The notes under the pieces were generated by a model that made no database searches, had not been told where the DNA came from, and saw only the letters and a program-made list of their open reading frames with translations. From a bacterium (lineage in GTDB: Bacteria; UBP14; UBA6098; 4484-93), in assembly GCA_021158465.1 (NCBI GenBank), contig JAGGUN010000019.1, positions 82,796-146,795 on the forward strand: a stretch of DNA of 64,000 nucleotides, in the 5' to 3' direction. Made by a program: the position numbers and the translations under genes. This document shows, in pieces, positions 8,857-18,218 of the stretch (position 1 is the first letter of the stretch; each line of letters starts with the position of its first letter).

Positions 8857-11800
8857 ATGAGACGATTTTTTATCTCTTTGTTCATTACATCGCTTCTTGT
8901 TGTAGCCGCTGATGCTGACTATGGCACGAGGAAATCTATCTATGGACGCTGGAGTGGTGATGGAAAACTAACCTATTCCCGCCATGGTATCCGTGTCTGC
9001 GTCGACAACGAAGATGGTCGCTTTACCGAGGGTTTAACAACGGGGGAGCGCCTTCTGTTCGGTTTCCCTGGTGAGGGGTCCACATCACATACAAACTTCC
9101 GTGTTGATGGAAGGTTATACTCAAACTACAACTGGATTACGGGAGCTACCTATGTTACCTGTTCGGCTATTCCACACATTGTAGACACATCCGTCGTCTG
9201 TGCCTGGGATATAACAGGCGTGAGGGTTGAGCAGGTTTTGACCCCTGTTGAGATTGTACCTGGACTTGGGACCCTCCTCATCGAGTATTACTGCACGCCA
9301 ACGGATGGCGGATCTCATACGGTCGGGATACTACTCGAGCTGGATACGATGATAGACGACAACGACGCAGCGCCCCTTTCAACCGCCTTTGGATATGCAG
9401 AGGCTCCTGGTTCCTCCGGACGTGAGCAAGATTTCCGAGCGCCCTATATGCCGAACTACTGGCAGGCTTTCGAGGTCGGCCCTGACCAACCGCCGGAATA
9501 CCTCGTCGGGCAGGGGATACTCTATGGTTGGGGAGCGACTATGCCTGATCGGTTCTGTGTCGGTTCCTGGCCTGTCTATGTCGATGTTGCGTGGGACTAC
9601 ACCGCAGACACGCTCCACAACACTTACTGGGACAGTGCTGTTCTCCTATGGTGGTATCCCGTGACAATCTCCCCTGGCGATACATTCCGGGTAGGGACAT
9701 ATTACGGCCTTGGCGATCCAACCGTCTCTATCGGGGAGTTAACCCTCTCGTGGGACCTACCGGGTGCTCTCACCTTCGAGGACTGCAACTACTCGCCGAA
9801 CCCGATTGAACTCACCGTCAATGTGCAAAATATAGGTGATACGACCGTCTTCAATACCCACTGCGTACTCCATCTTCCGGATATGATGAGCGTTGCAGGC
9901 GATGACACGATCAGACTTACCACCCCTTCAACACTCGATACCAATGAAACAGGGACGGTTTCATGGACAATAGATGTCGAGCCATATCCTAATGATACCG
10001 TGGTCTGCGTGAGTGTAGTAGCCCATGCTGACACTGCTGACTCGAATCTCATCTTTCGGTGTATTGAGCTCCCAGCTTGGAACCTGAATCCACCAACGGC
10101 TTCGATTATAACTCCGCTCCCAGATTCGATAACCTCCTGTGCCGACTATACAATCGAGATACTCGTTACCGATGAGAATTATATTGACGCACCCACCATC
10201 GAGATGACCGTCGACGGGATTGCGTATACCTGGGGTGCGCCCGAACTCGCGTACGACCCTACAACACACAGAATATCGTTTACCCCTTCTACCGGGCATT
10301 ACTATTCCGATGCTTCGACGGTCGATGTTTGCCTCGAGCATTGCGAAGATGTCTATTGTAACGATATAGTCGAGCCTCTATGCTGGAGCTTCGTCGTAGA
10401 CCTCTCCGGTCCTTATGTTGATTGGTTTTCACCAGCCGAGGGAATTGTGACAACAGATGTCCAGATGGATATCGGGTTCCATCTGACGGATGATGTATCG
10501 GGTGTCGATTTTGGTTCCGTAGTCTTTGCTATCAACGATTTGATGCTCTCTGTATATTCTGATGGGGTATATCTTCTTGGTGATACCGTAATCTTTGTTC
10601 CTGAAAGCGTCGGGGTTGATTTCTCCAGTGTCGAGACGGTTTGGGTCCAGGTAATCAGGGCTGAGGATATGCCTTCTTACTGTGACCCGAATCCGCTTCA
10701 GGAGGCACCTTTCAGCTGGTACTTCCTCGTCGCTGACGATGACACCACCGGACCGTTCTTCGACAACTTTGCTCCAACGCTCTGGCCCGCCGATAGCGAA
10801 TTTTATATCGCCTGCGACATCTGGGATACAAGCGGCGTCTACGATGACAATACAGGTCTCGATGGACAGGGTGTTGTCCTTATATGGGATACTGACGGGG
10901 AGTTAGATTTGGACTATGCTGGCGAGATCCAGATGGATTCCATCCCTGGAGCAGGGAGTTTCGGTAGCCGTTTCCAGACAATAACTCCTGTTCCCCCGCA
11001 GGCTGAGGGAACAGATTTTGTCTATCGGGTTAGGGCGTTCGACAACGACTCCGACCTCGGGGCGGAGGATAGGCATATGAACTGGAGCGACGACAGAAGG
11101 GTCCTTATTTACAATGTGGTCGGACCTGAGTATCATCTCCTCGTTCCATACGACAGCGCGTACACCAGTTGCCCACGACAGGAGATAGAGATCTGGCTCT
11201 TCGACGAGAACGGGGTAGATACATCGACCATCTCCTTGACCTTAAACGGGGTCTCATATAGCATCACCTCTGACGAGCTTTCATACTATCCGGAGGAAAG
11301 CCTGCTCGTGTTTGTGCCGTCTTTCAATCTACCTTATGGAGAGAATGTGGTCATACTTGAACCAGTCGCCGATACCATAGGAAACTTCTCCGCAGGGGAT
11401 ACCTGGTCGTTCTTCGTAGACACTCGCCCTCCTACCGTAAGCGATAATCTTCCAGCACAGGGAGCGGTTGTTGATGCACTTCATCCTATTATCTCCTTCT
11501 CCATTGCAGATGAGCTTTCAGGACTTGTTGATTCATCGGTTGTTGTAACAATAAAAGGGAGGAATCTCTCCATCGGCGATTATGGCGTCTCGTTCGACGA
11601 GGTAAGCGGCACGGTCGTTATAAACACTCAGGAGGCTGGGCTCTCCTTCCAGGATGGTGAACTTGTTGCTGTCGATGTTTTCGCATACGACGCTGTTGAT
11701 CCTATCTTCTGTCCACCCAATGAACTCCACACCGGATGGTCATTCCAGATGAACCTTATACCCTGCAAGGAATCTCCGAACCCGATAACCCCAAACAACG

Positions 11801-12051
11801 ACGGTGTCAACGACTATGCGAGATTCGAGTTTCCTAATATGAGGCAGAAGCTACCATCAACGAAGATATACATATATAATATCCGCGGGAGGCTTGTAAG
11901 AACCATCGAGATGTCGGATGTAGTAGGTGATAACTGGCTTTGGGACGGGAGAGATGAGAACGACCAACCTTGTCGTCAGGGGTTGTATTTATATGTAATA
12001 GAGGTAGATGGAGAAAAAGTCTGCAACGGAACTATAAGCATTGCAAGATAA
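8857..12051 (+). CDS. Very large secreted, Cys-containing, repeat-rich protein with a T9SS type-B C-terminal sorting domain (gliding-motility-associated CTD).
   Basis: The start at ATG 8857 (MRRFFISLFITSLLVVAADA) gives a signal peptide. The body is Asp/Thr/Val/Gly-rich, consistent with a beta-sandwich-repeat adhesin-like protein. The C-terminus (SPNPITPNNDGVNDYARFEF...IYIYNIRGRLV...WDGRDEN...GLYLYVIEVDGEK) matches the type-B CTD (CHU_C-like) pattern. Confidence 0.7.
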   Translation: MRRFFISLFITSLLVVAADADYGTRKSIYGRWSGDGKLTYSRHGIRVCVDNEDGRFTEGLTTGERLLFGFPGEGSTSHTNFRVDGRLYSNYNWITGATYVTCSAIPHIVDTSVVCAWDITGVRVEQVLTPVEIVPGLGTLLIEYYCTPTDGGSHTVGILLELDTMIDDNDAAPLSTAFGYAEAPGSSGREQDFRAPYMPNYWQAFEVGPDQPPEYLVGQGILYGWGATMPDRFCVGSWPVYVDVAWDYTADTLHNTYWDSAVLLWWYPVTISPGDTFRVGTYYGLGDPTVSIGELTLSWDLPGALTFEDCNYSPNPIELTVNVQNIGDTTVFNTHCVLHLPDMMSVAGDDTIRLTTPSTLDTNETGTVSWTIDVEPYPNDTVVCVSVVAHADTADSNLIFRCIELPAWNLNPPTASIITPLPDSITSCADYTIEILVTDENYIDAPTIEMTVDGIAYTWGAPELAYDPTTHRISFTPSTGHYYSDASTVDVCLEHCEDVYCNDIVEPLCWSFVVDLSGPYVDWFSPAEGIVTTDVQMDIGFHLTDDVSGVDFGSVVFAINDLMLSVYSDGVYLLGDTVIFVPESVGVDFSSVETVWVQVIRAEDMPSYCDPNPLQEAPFSWYFLVADDDTTGPFFDNFAPTLWPADSEFYIACDIWDTSGVYDDNTGLDGQGVVLIWDTDGELDLDYAGEIQMDSIPGAGSFGSRFQTITPVPPQAEGTDFVYRVRAFDNDSDLGAEDRHMNWSDDRRVLIYNVVGPEYHLLVPYDSAYTSCPRQEIEIWLFDENGVDTSTISLTLNGVSYSITSDELSYYPEESLLVFVPSFNLPYGENVVILEPVADTIGNFSAGDTWSFFVDTRPPTVSDNLPAQGAVVDALHPIISFSIADELSGLVDSSVVVTIKGRNLSIGDYGVSFDEVSGTVVINTQEAGLSFQDGELVAVDVFAYDAVDPIFCPPNELHTGWSFQMNLIPCKESPNPITPNNDGVNDYARFEFPNMRQKLPSTKIYIYNIRGRLVRTIEMSDVVGDNWLWDGRDENDQPCRQGLYLYVIEVDGEKVCNGTISIAR

Positions 12052-12092
12052 TTGACTGAAACATAAGGAGTTAATTAGAAGGAGATAAACCG

Positions 12093-15002
12093 ATGAAAAA
12101 CTGGCGAGTAGGTCTGATCTTATTCACCACTTTACTCGTTTCAGCATCGTTTCCCTTTGCCCAGATTGATATAGGTGCAAGGCCTGATGGGATGGGTGGT
12201 GCCTTTACAGCTGTCTCTAACGATGCAAACGCCCCTCGATGGAATCCAGCAGGGATTGAGCTATTCAAGGAGCGTGCATTGACTGTGAGCTTCACGAAGA
12301 AATACTGGGGGATCGACGGTGATAACCTTATGAAAGGGTATGCCGCCTACATTCATCACCTCGGTAAGAGGGGGAAGTATGGTTCTTTTGCTCTCTCCTG
12401 GGCGGAGTTCTTTTCGAAAACTTACTCTGAGATGGAGCTTTCGCTCTCATACTCTAAGATGCTTTTTGGCTCCCGGCTTGGGAAGAATCTATCCTTTGGT
12501 GTGAGCGGTAAGATGCTAAGATACGGTTTCAATTCGTCTAACTTTGTTGATTTTGATCCTTCCGACCCTGTCTTCTCTGCCAGCTATTCAAGACTCAGCT
12601 TCACTGCCGATGTTGGTCTTCTCTGGAGGGCATCCAGTTGGCTGAGTGTTGGGGCAGTTGCCAAGAACATTACTGAGCCAGAGATGGCTATCTCTGGAGC
12701 GACAGATGGGACAGGTAAGGTACCGATGGAGGTTCGGGGAGGAGTGGCTTTCTGGTTGCCCAAGGGTATAACCTCTACCTTCGATGTCGAGTATGTGAAT
12801 GAGAAGATAGGCAGCTCCAAACAGGTACTTTTCCACTTTGGTGCGGAGAAGAGCTTTGGCAAGGTGTTTGGGCTTCGTGCAGGATACAACAGAAAGGAGG
12901 CTTGTCTCGGAGCATCCTACAACCTCATCCGCGATAAGTTTAACATCCTATTCGACTATGGTTTTCTTTATCCGGTTGCCACTGAACTGTCCGACCTGTA
13001 TGTTACCACCCACAAATTCGGGATAACGGCGTACTTCGCGCCGCCGCCTATTCCTCTGGAGGAGTTAGAGCTTGTCGATGGGAAGGTGGAAATATACCCG
13101 AGGAATGCAGTTCTTGGGCAGGAAGTGACTATCCGCTTTTCTGTTCTGAACCGTGGTGAGAAGGATGAACATAAGGTAAAGTTATCGATTTACTATCGGG
13201 ACAAATCGGGCAACTGGGTTATGGCTTTGCCCGTCCAGAGGTTTGACATATCCGTTGGTGAAAGGAAGGAGTTGGTGTTCAATTGGACCCCGCCTGAGAA
13301 GGGGGCTTACGAGATTTACTGCGCCGTGGATGACGACGGTTCACGGCTTCCTGATATCCACGGCAAGATTGAGGAGGTAGATGAGGACAACAATATAGGT
13401 GTTGGACAGCTCGATGTCTTTTCCAAGCCGAAGGGTTCAGTTATTCCGAAGGACAGGTATCTTAAGGTATCCAAGGTCTCTATATACCAAGAGGAGGAGC
13501 CGATTATACCAGTCGTTTTCTTCGAAGAGGGGAAAACAGAGCTTGACCCAAGGTTCGACAGAATGCTCTCGACGGTTGCCGAACGTATGAAGGAGAACCC
13601 AGATGTAGTGCTCAATGTCAGAGGGTTCTACTCAAAGGGCTCAGATAAAGTGGATGACCAGAATGCTCTTGCCGATAGAAGAGCAGAGGTGGTTAAGAAT
13701 AGGTTGCTTTCTCTTGGAGTACCAGCGAGCCAGATAATGGTGGTAAAAGCAGGCTACGACAAGGGAACTTCACGGTCTGGAACCCCGGAGGAGCAGTTGA
13801 ACCCTACGAGCAGAAAACTCCAGGAGGAAGAGAACCGCCGTGCTGAACTGGAAGCAAGATTGGTAGAAGATAAAGATTTTAAGATTAGTTTGAAACTACC
13901 ATCTGTTTCCATCTCGCCAGAGGCAAGGAACAAGATAGACGCTGGTATTGAGGACATTCAGTCCATACTCGAGCGGAACTCTGAGGTAATCATTCTTGTG
14001 GAGGGGTATTCACCGCCAGATGCCGGCAAGGAGGCGCTTGATATTTCATTCAGGAAAGCTGCGGCGGTTGCTGACTATATAAAGGGGAAACTTCCTGGCA
14101 AACTCTCTGAAAGGGTTTACATACATTCCGATGTAGCAGATGATGCCGTAGGGGATGAGGTTGCAATATTTCCCAACGGTGAGGGTGTGATTTTCCGCCC
14201 GAGAGAGGGAGAACGGGTTATCGAGGATTATGCTGTCGAGGGGAGCGAGGAAAACTATGTTAAGATAGAAGCTTCAGTTGACGCTGGTGTTGACAGCTTC
14301 ACCGTGATGGTTATAGATGAGGACGGGAATCGTGTTAGGCTTCTTGCGGCGGGCAAGGGTCAGATTCCGCAGGGTCTTTCCTGGGACTGGCGTGACGACG
14401 CTGGACAGATGCTCGACTTCGACAAGAAATACTACATTAAGATGGACATCCGTGATAAGCTCGGTGAGATGTTTGTCAGCACATCAGACACGATGGCAAT
14501 CGAGGTGACGAAGAGTGAGAAGAGAGTGGAAACGCTTGTCATTGTGGAGTTTATCTTTAATGAGTATGTCCCACAGTCGAAGTTTCTCGAGAGTCGCGTG
14601 GAGTATGTGGCAAGGCGGTTTATCCGGCGGGCAGAGAGGAAGTATACTAATCTTGAGGCTCTCATCTCCGGGCACACGGACATAATCGGTGCAGAATATG
14701 CTAATCGCCAGCTCTCCCGCCAGCGCGCCGAGCGTGAACTCGACAATCTGCGAAGATATATGATCTACCTGCTCGGGCTCAATACACAGGGTGAACTTGA
14801 TCGTTGGCTTGCCGACCATAACATTAAACTGAGAGCAAAGGGGTTCTGGGAGAAGAACCCTTACACCATCACCAGATGGGTTGATGGGAAGATTGAGCAT
14901 GTTCTTCTCGGAAACAATGAACTCCCGGAGGGAAGAACAATCAACCGCCGAGTCCTGCTCGAGCTTAGGGCTGAAAAAATATCAGAGGAACAGGTCCAGT
15001 GA
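12093..15002 (+). CDS. Outer-membrane multidomain protein: N-terminal FadL/PorV-like beta-barrel, a CARDB-like Ig domain, and three OmpA-like peptidoglycan-binding domains.
   Basis: Signal peptide, then ARPDGMGGAFTAVSNDANAPRWNPAG, which resembles the FadL/PorV-family N-terminal motif. CARDB-like segment (VEIYPRNAVLGQEVTIRFSVLNRG...YEIYCAVDDDG...DEDNN). Three OmpA_C-like segments, for example VVFFEEGKTELDPRFDRML...ADRRAEVVKNRL and the later LISGHTDIIGAEYANRQLSRQRAE. Double RBS AAGGAG upstream of the start. Confidence 0.7.
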   Translation: MKNWRVGLILFTTLLVSASFPFAQIDIGARPDGMGGAFTAVSNDANAPRWNPAGIELFKERALTVSFTKKYWGIDGDNLMKGYAAYIHHLGKRGKYGSFALSWAEFFSKTYSEMELSLSYSKMLFGSRLGKNLSFGVSGKMLRYGFNSSNFVDFDPSDPVFSASYSRLSFTADVGLLWRASSWLSVGAVAKNITEPEMAISGATDGTGKVPMEVRGGVAFWLPKGITSTFDVEYVNEKIGSSKQVLFHFGAEKSFGKVFGLRAGYNRKEACLGASYNLIRDKFNILFDYGFLYPVATELSDLYVTTHKFGITAYFAPPPIPLEELELVDGKVEIYPRNAVLGQEVTIRFSVLNRGEKDEHKVKLSIYYRDKSGNWVMALPVQRFDISVGERKELVFNWTPPEKGAYEIYCAVDDDGSRLPDIHGKIEEVDEDNNIGVGQLDVFSKPKGSVIPKDRYLKVSKVSIYQEEEPIIPVVFFEEGKTELDPRFDRMLSTVAERMKENPDVVLNVRGFYSKGSDKVDDQNALADRRAEVVKNRLLSLGVPASQIMVVKAGYDKGTSRSGTPEEQLNPTSRKLQEEENRRAELEARLVEDKDFKISLKLPSVSISPEARNKIDAGIEDIQSILERNSEVIILVEGYSPPDAGKEALDISFRKAAAVADYIKGKLPGKLSERVYIHSDVADDAVGDEVAIFPNGEGVIFRPREGERVIEDYAVEGSEENYVKIEASVDAGVDSFTVMVIDEDGNRVRLLAAGKGQIPQGLSWDWRDDAGQMLDFDKKYYIKMDIRDKLGEMFVSTSDTMAIEVTKSEKRVETLVIVEFIFNEYVPQSKFLESRVEYVARRFIRRAERKYTNLEALISGHTDIIGAEYANRQLSRQRAERELDNLRRYMIYLLGLNTQGELDRWLADHNIKLRAKGFWEKNPYTITRWVDGKIEHVLLGNNELPEGRTINRRVLLELRAEKISEEQVQ

Positions 15003-15043
15003 AGGCTTTTATTGGTAGGGGAAGGTCTTATCCCTCCTTCGGT

Positions 15044-15901
15044 CTAATCTCCGGAAAGTTCCTCTAATTTTTTATAGAGGGATTCCAGTTCATCGGTTTC
15101 GTCAGGTTCCTGCTCAGCTTCTTCAGCCTCACCTTCAGGAGCAGCTTCCTCTTGAACCTCTTTTCGAGGAACTTCGGCTACCGTCTCGACAGAAGCCTCT
15201 TCCTCCTTAAAAGGCGGTTCGCCAGCAGCTTTTGCTATTTTCCTTATGTCGAAGTGTAGGAGAAGAAGCGTGAGCCACATCAGGAGGAAAAGCAAAACGA
15301 TGAGTATCATTTGGAGTCTCCCATCGGTAGGCATTATAAGATAGTTTTTTAGCGGAGCTTCCCTCTCCACAGTATCCACCGTGCTAACGAAAACCGTCTC
15401 CTTCACGATGACCGTTTCTGGAATGCTCACGGATGTATCTATTATGGCAGTTGTTTCTTCTGGAGGAGTCCATTCAACCCAGTCACCATTCTCCGACCTG
15501 ACGAGGAGTTGAGCTGAGAAATGATGTGTTCGGGTCTTCGTAGCAACAAAGGCTACCCACATATCCTTGCTCGAATGTGGTGGAATCTCCGGAAGGTCAA
15601 AATAAACCCTTCTGTTGGCAGGGTCCTTTGTTGCGTATTCTCTCGGGTTCAACCCTGACCTCCCTTTCCATCTTGGAGACCTAAGCAGTCGAACCCCTGC
15701 TGGGTATCTAACCTCCACGCGCGGGCTCTCGATAGTGAACTCTGTCTCGTTGATGAGTGTAAAGTCATACCAGCGAACATTCCCGCGAGCGATGTAGAGA
15801 GAATACTCATCGGGGTTGATATAGCAACCATCATACCCATAAGCTATGAACGGCAAAAGCAAAAGGGGAATGAACAGCAGAAATCTATAAGCCTTCTTCA
15901 T
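15044..15901 (-). CDS. Hypothetical single-pass membrane protein: signal peptide, extracytoplasmic domain, transmembrane helix, acidic cytoplasmic tail.
   Basis: N-terminal MKKAYRFLLFIPLLLLPFIAYG. Central hydrophobic segment (LQMILIVLLFLLMWLTLLLL). Glu-rich C-terminus. Third gene of a tightly overlapping minus-strand operon. Confidence 0.5.
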   Translation of the reverse strand: MKKAYRFLLFIPLLLLPFIAYGYDGCYINPDEYSLYIARGNVRWYDFTLINETEFTIESPRVEVRYPAGVRLLRSPRWKGRSGLNPREYATKDPANRRVYFDLPEIPPHSSKDMWVAFVATKTRTHHFSAQLLVRSENGDWVEWTPPEETTAIIDTSVSIPETVIVKETVFVSTVDTVEREAPLKNYLIMPTDGRLQMILIVLLFLLMWLTLLLLHFDIRKIAKAAGEPPFKEEEASVETVAEVPRKEVQEEAAPEGEAEEAEQEPDETDELESLYKKLEELSGD

Positions 15902-16625
15902 CTTTTGCGGAGCGCTCTATCTCCAGTGATACAAGTTTTTTCTGCACTTCTATTAAGATGTCTGTTCTCTTCTTCAATTCCTGCCAACGACGGCGGCTCC
16001 TCGCATCTGAAACGAGCAGAAGCAAGAGCAGAAGAACCCAGAGGAGTATCATTACCAAGCTGATTATACCTCCCAACCGAGGGGAAGATTTTGTGGTGGC
16101 TCCAGACATCTCCTCTGAAATGCTTGACGAACTATCGGAACTCAGGAAATGAACGGTCTGTCCCTCTCGTGTGTTCTCATAAAGGAGGGAGTCTCCGCTC
16201 TGCCAGCGGATCGTGTAATCGAATTTCAATTTTCCGTATTTGGTGGCACAGAAAAATGCGTAGAACCTCTCCTCTGAGTTGGCTATCGGATAGGGGAACT
16301 GGAACCTGACGAGACGATTATTGTAGTCGATAAAGTGTCCATCCCAGGGGAAACGGGTAACCTTTCTCTCGTGGAACTTGGCAAGAAGTGGCTCTGTTCC
16401 CTCCGGATAGTGTAACTCGGCAGTAACATTCGACATCCTGTATGCTGTTCGGTTCTTGAAGCGCACCTCGACCATAAATGTGTCTCCTGCGATGTGCTCG
16501 TTATCGAGACCATACTCCTCTACCCTTATCTCCCAGGGACGAGCGACATCACAGAAGGAAACAGCCGGCTTGCATATAAGCAAACCGACTGTCAGAACCA
16601 GCAGATATTTACCCTTACTGAACAC
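15885..16625 (-). CDS. Hypothetical single-pass membrane protein with the same topology as the downstream gene; possibly a distant paralog.
   Basis: Signal peptide MFSKGKYLLVLTVGLLICKPAVS. Transmembrane segment IISLVMILLWVLLLLLLLV followed by the basic stretch RSRRRW. Its start overlaps the upstream 501-aa gene by 11 nt and its end overlaps the next gene by 17 nt. Confidence 0.5.
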   Translation of the reverse strand: MFSKGKYLLVLTVGLLICKPAVSFCDVARPWEIRVEEYGLDNEHIAGDTFMVEVRFKNRTAYRMSNVTAELHYPEGTEPLLAKFHERKVTRFPWDGHFIDYNNRLVRFQFPYPIANSEERFYAFFCATKYGKLKFDYTIRWQSGDSLLYENTREGQTVHFLSSDSSSSISEEMSGATTKSSPRLGGIISLVMILLWVLLLLLLLVSDARSRRRWQELKKRTDILIEVQKKLVSLEIERSAKDEEGL

Positions 16626-18120
16626 GAACCTTTATCTGTTTTGCTATCACCGGCTCACGGCAGGAATCTGTGTTGTTGTCCGTTATAGTGTGATAATTAA
16701 TCCAGTCTCCATGGTCAGCCTGAACCCAGGCATCGCTTCCGGCGTCCAGGTAGGCAAGGATAAGCCATGTCCCGCCACCAGGAGACTCACCGAATATCTC
16801 GTATATCCTGCCACCGGTGTTCACAAGATGGACCGGTCTACTCGGATCCGGGGAATTTTGAATATCCCAGGTCACCTGAAGCCCGCCCATATTCTCATCC
16901 GGCTGATACTCTATCGTTGTGGATTCATCGTTTATATCCCAATAGGTCTTACTCCCTCCTATCTGATGGCTGTAAGCAACTGCAGCCTCGACGGAGCGCT
17001 CCTTTGCATGATAGTAATAGAAGTGCGGGTCCGGGTTGTATGGATAGAACACAAGATAAGCATTATAGCTCAGTGCTGCCTCTGGCTTGGCACCGTTCAC
17101 TGTTGGCGTGAGAACCCCATGCTTATAAACAACTCTCTGTCTGTATGGTGTGTGGGTATATTTGGCTACCAATCGGTTGGTGTAGTGCTTAAGTGCTCCG
17201 GCAGTGTCGGTGGTTCCCCAGTCGACCCAGTAGGCATCAGGCCAGTCAGACCCCTGCTGTAAAGGGTCAACCCTGAAGCGAAGCGTAAACGGTATGTCAG
17301 GATAGAGTATAGGGAGGACACCATCCGGGTTCTGATAGTAGTCTGTTTTATCTTCTACTGTGATCTTGTAGTTGATGAATTGGTCTTCCGATGTATGGAA
17401 TACATACGGGTCAGGGCTTGTCTCTACTACATTTACCTCCAGCTTCCAGTGGTTGCAGAGCGGTTTATACTTTCCAATCCAGTTAACGGCATACTCTACC
17501 TCGGGGGTAACGACATTTTCCCCAGTAACGACGGAGACCAGCACTTTCGAGACACCCGGCTCAAACGACCTTATGATTATCCATGACTGGTTTGAAGCGA
17601 TGTCAATCTTGTCCACCGGTTCACCGGAAGTAGCCTTGAGCCCCTTGACCACCTGCGGCAGGGGAGGGTATACCGGGGTCACTCCCAGCTGGGTTACAAC
17701 CTGGTCGGCAGAAGAGCGAATCTGATTGTCGGGGACGCCTGCCGCCTTTACGATCGATACCTCGACACCGGGTTTGCCGCCGTAATACTCTCTGGCAGTC
17801 TCCATAAACGACCAGCGAACGCCGGTAACCCCCTTGACAACATCCGTGTTCACCGTAGCAACAAGAAGCATCTTCTCACCGTAGGGAAATGCAGCAATGT
17901 TGGCTACAGAGCCGCCCGGTGGAACCGTTTTATTGTCGTGGTTGTGGTTAATATAAAGGTGCTGAAGCTTCCCGGCCGCCACTGCCTTCTGATAGGGATA
18001 TTCATACCCGCTAACCACAATTAGCGGAGCCTTCGAAGGTGAAGTAGCTTCTCCGGCAAACAGCCCAACGACAAACAGCAAAGGCACAGCAAAAAGAACA
18101 AACCTTCCTGTCCCTCTCAT
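16615..18120 (-). CDS. Hypothetical secreted protein of 501 aa, rich in aromatic residues.
   Basis: Signal peptide MRGTGRFVLFAVPLLFVVGLFAG. Strong RBS (AAGGAGGGAGA) upstream of the ATG. No motif I recognise. First gene of a three-gene operon. Confidence 0.55.
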   Translation of the reverse strand: MRGTGRFVLFAVPLLFVVGLFAGEATSPSKAPLIVVSGYEYPYQKAVAAGKLQHLYINHNHDNKTVPPGGSVANIAAFPYGEKMLLVATVNTDVVKGVTGVRWSFMETAREYYGGKPGVEVSIVKAAGVPDNQIRSSADQVVTQLGVTPVYPPLPQVVKGLKATSGEPVDKIDIASNQSWIIIRSFEPGVSKVLVSVVTGENVVTPEVEYAVNWIGKYKPLCNHWKLEVNVVETSPDPYVFHTSEDQFINYKITVEDKTDYYQNPDGVLPILYPDIPFTLRFRVDPLQQGSDWPDAYWVDWGTTDTAGALKHYTNRLVAKYTHTPYRQRVVYKHGVLTPTVNGAKPEAALSYNAYLVFYPYNPDPHFYYYHAKERSVEAAVAYSHQIGGSKTYWDINDESTTIEYQPDENMGGLQVTWDIQNSPDPSRPVHLVNTGGRIYEIFGESPGGGTWLILAYLDAGSDAWVQADHGDWINYHTITDNNTDSCREPVIAKQIKVRVQ

Positions 18121-18165
18121 CTCTCCCTCCTTTGTAAAAGGTTACAATTCTCTTCTCTCTGTGTT

Positions 18166-18195
18166 CAAAATATCAATCGAATTTTAGCTTGTCAA
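18166..18195 (-). promoter_or_regulatory. Candidate sigma-70-type promoter (TTGACA, 18-nt spacer, TATTTT on the minus strand) driving the three-gene operon.
   Basis: On the minus strand, TTGACA corresponds to plus-strand 18190-18195 and TATTTT to 18166-18171, about 45 nt upstream of the start at 18120. The -35 element lies inside an 11-bp palindrome (GCTTGTCAAGC). Confidence 0.35.
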
Positions 18196-18218
18196 GCAAA
18201 AAATCTGTTTTCTTGTGT

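Noticed and set aside
15003-15043. Possible Rho-independent terminator between convergent genes
   Set aside because: It has only a 5-bp GAAGG/CCTTC stem with an 11-nt loop and no T-run, which is too weak to call.
16456-17262. 268-aa plus-strand ORF
   Set aside because: It lies antisense inside the 501-aa secreted protein gene and has no motifs or RBS.
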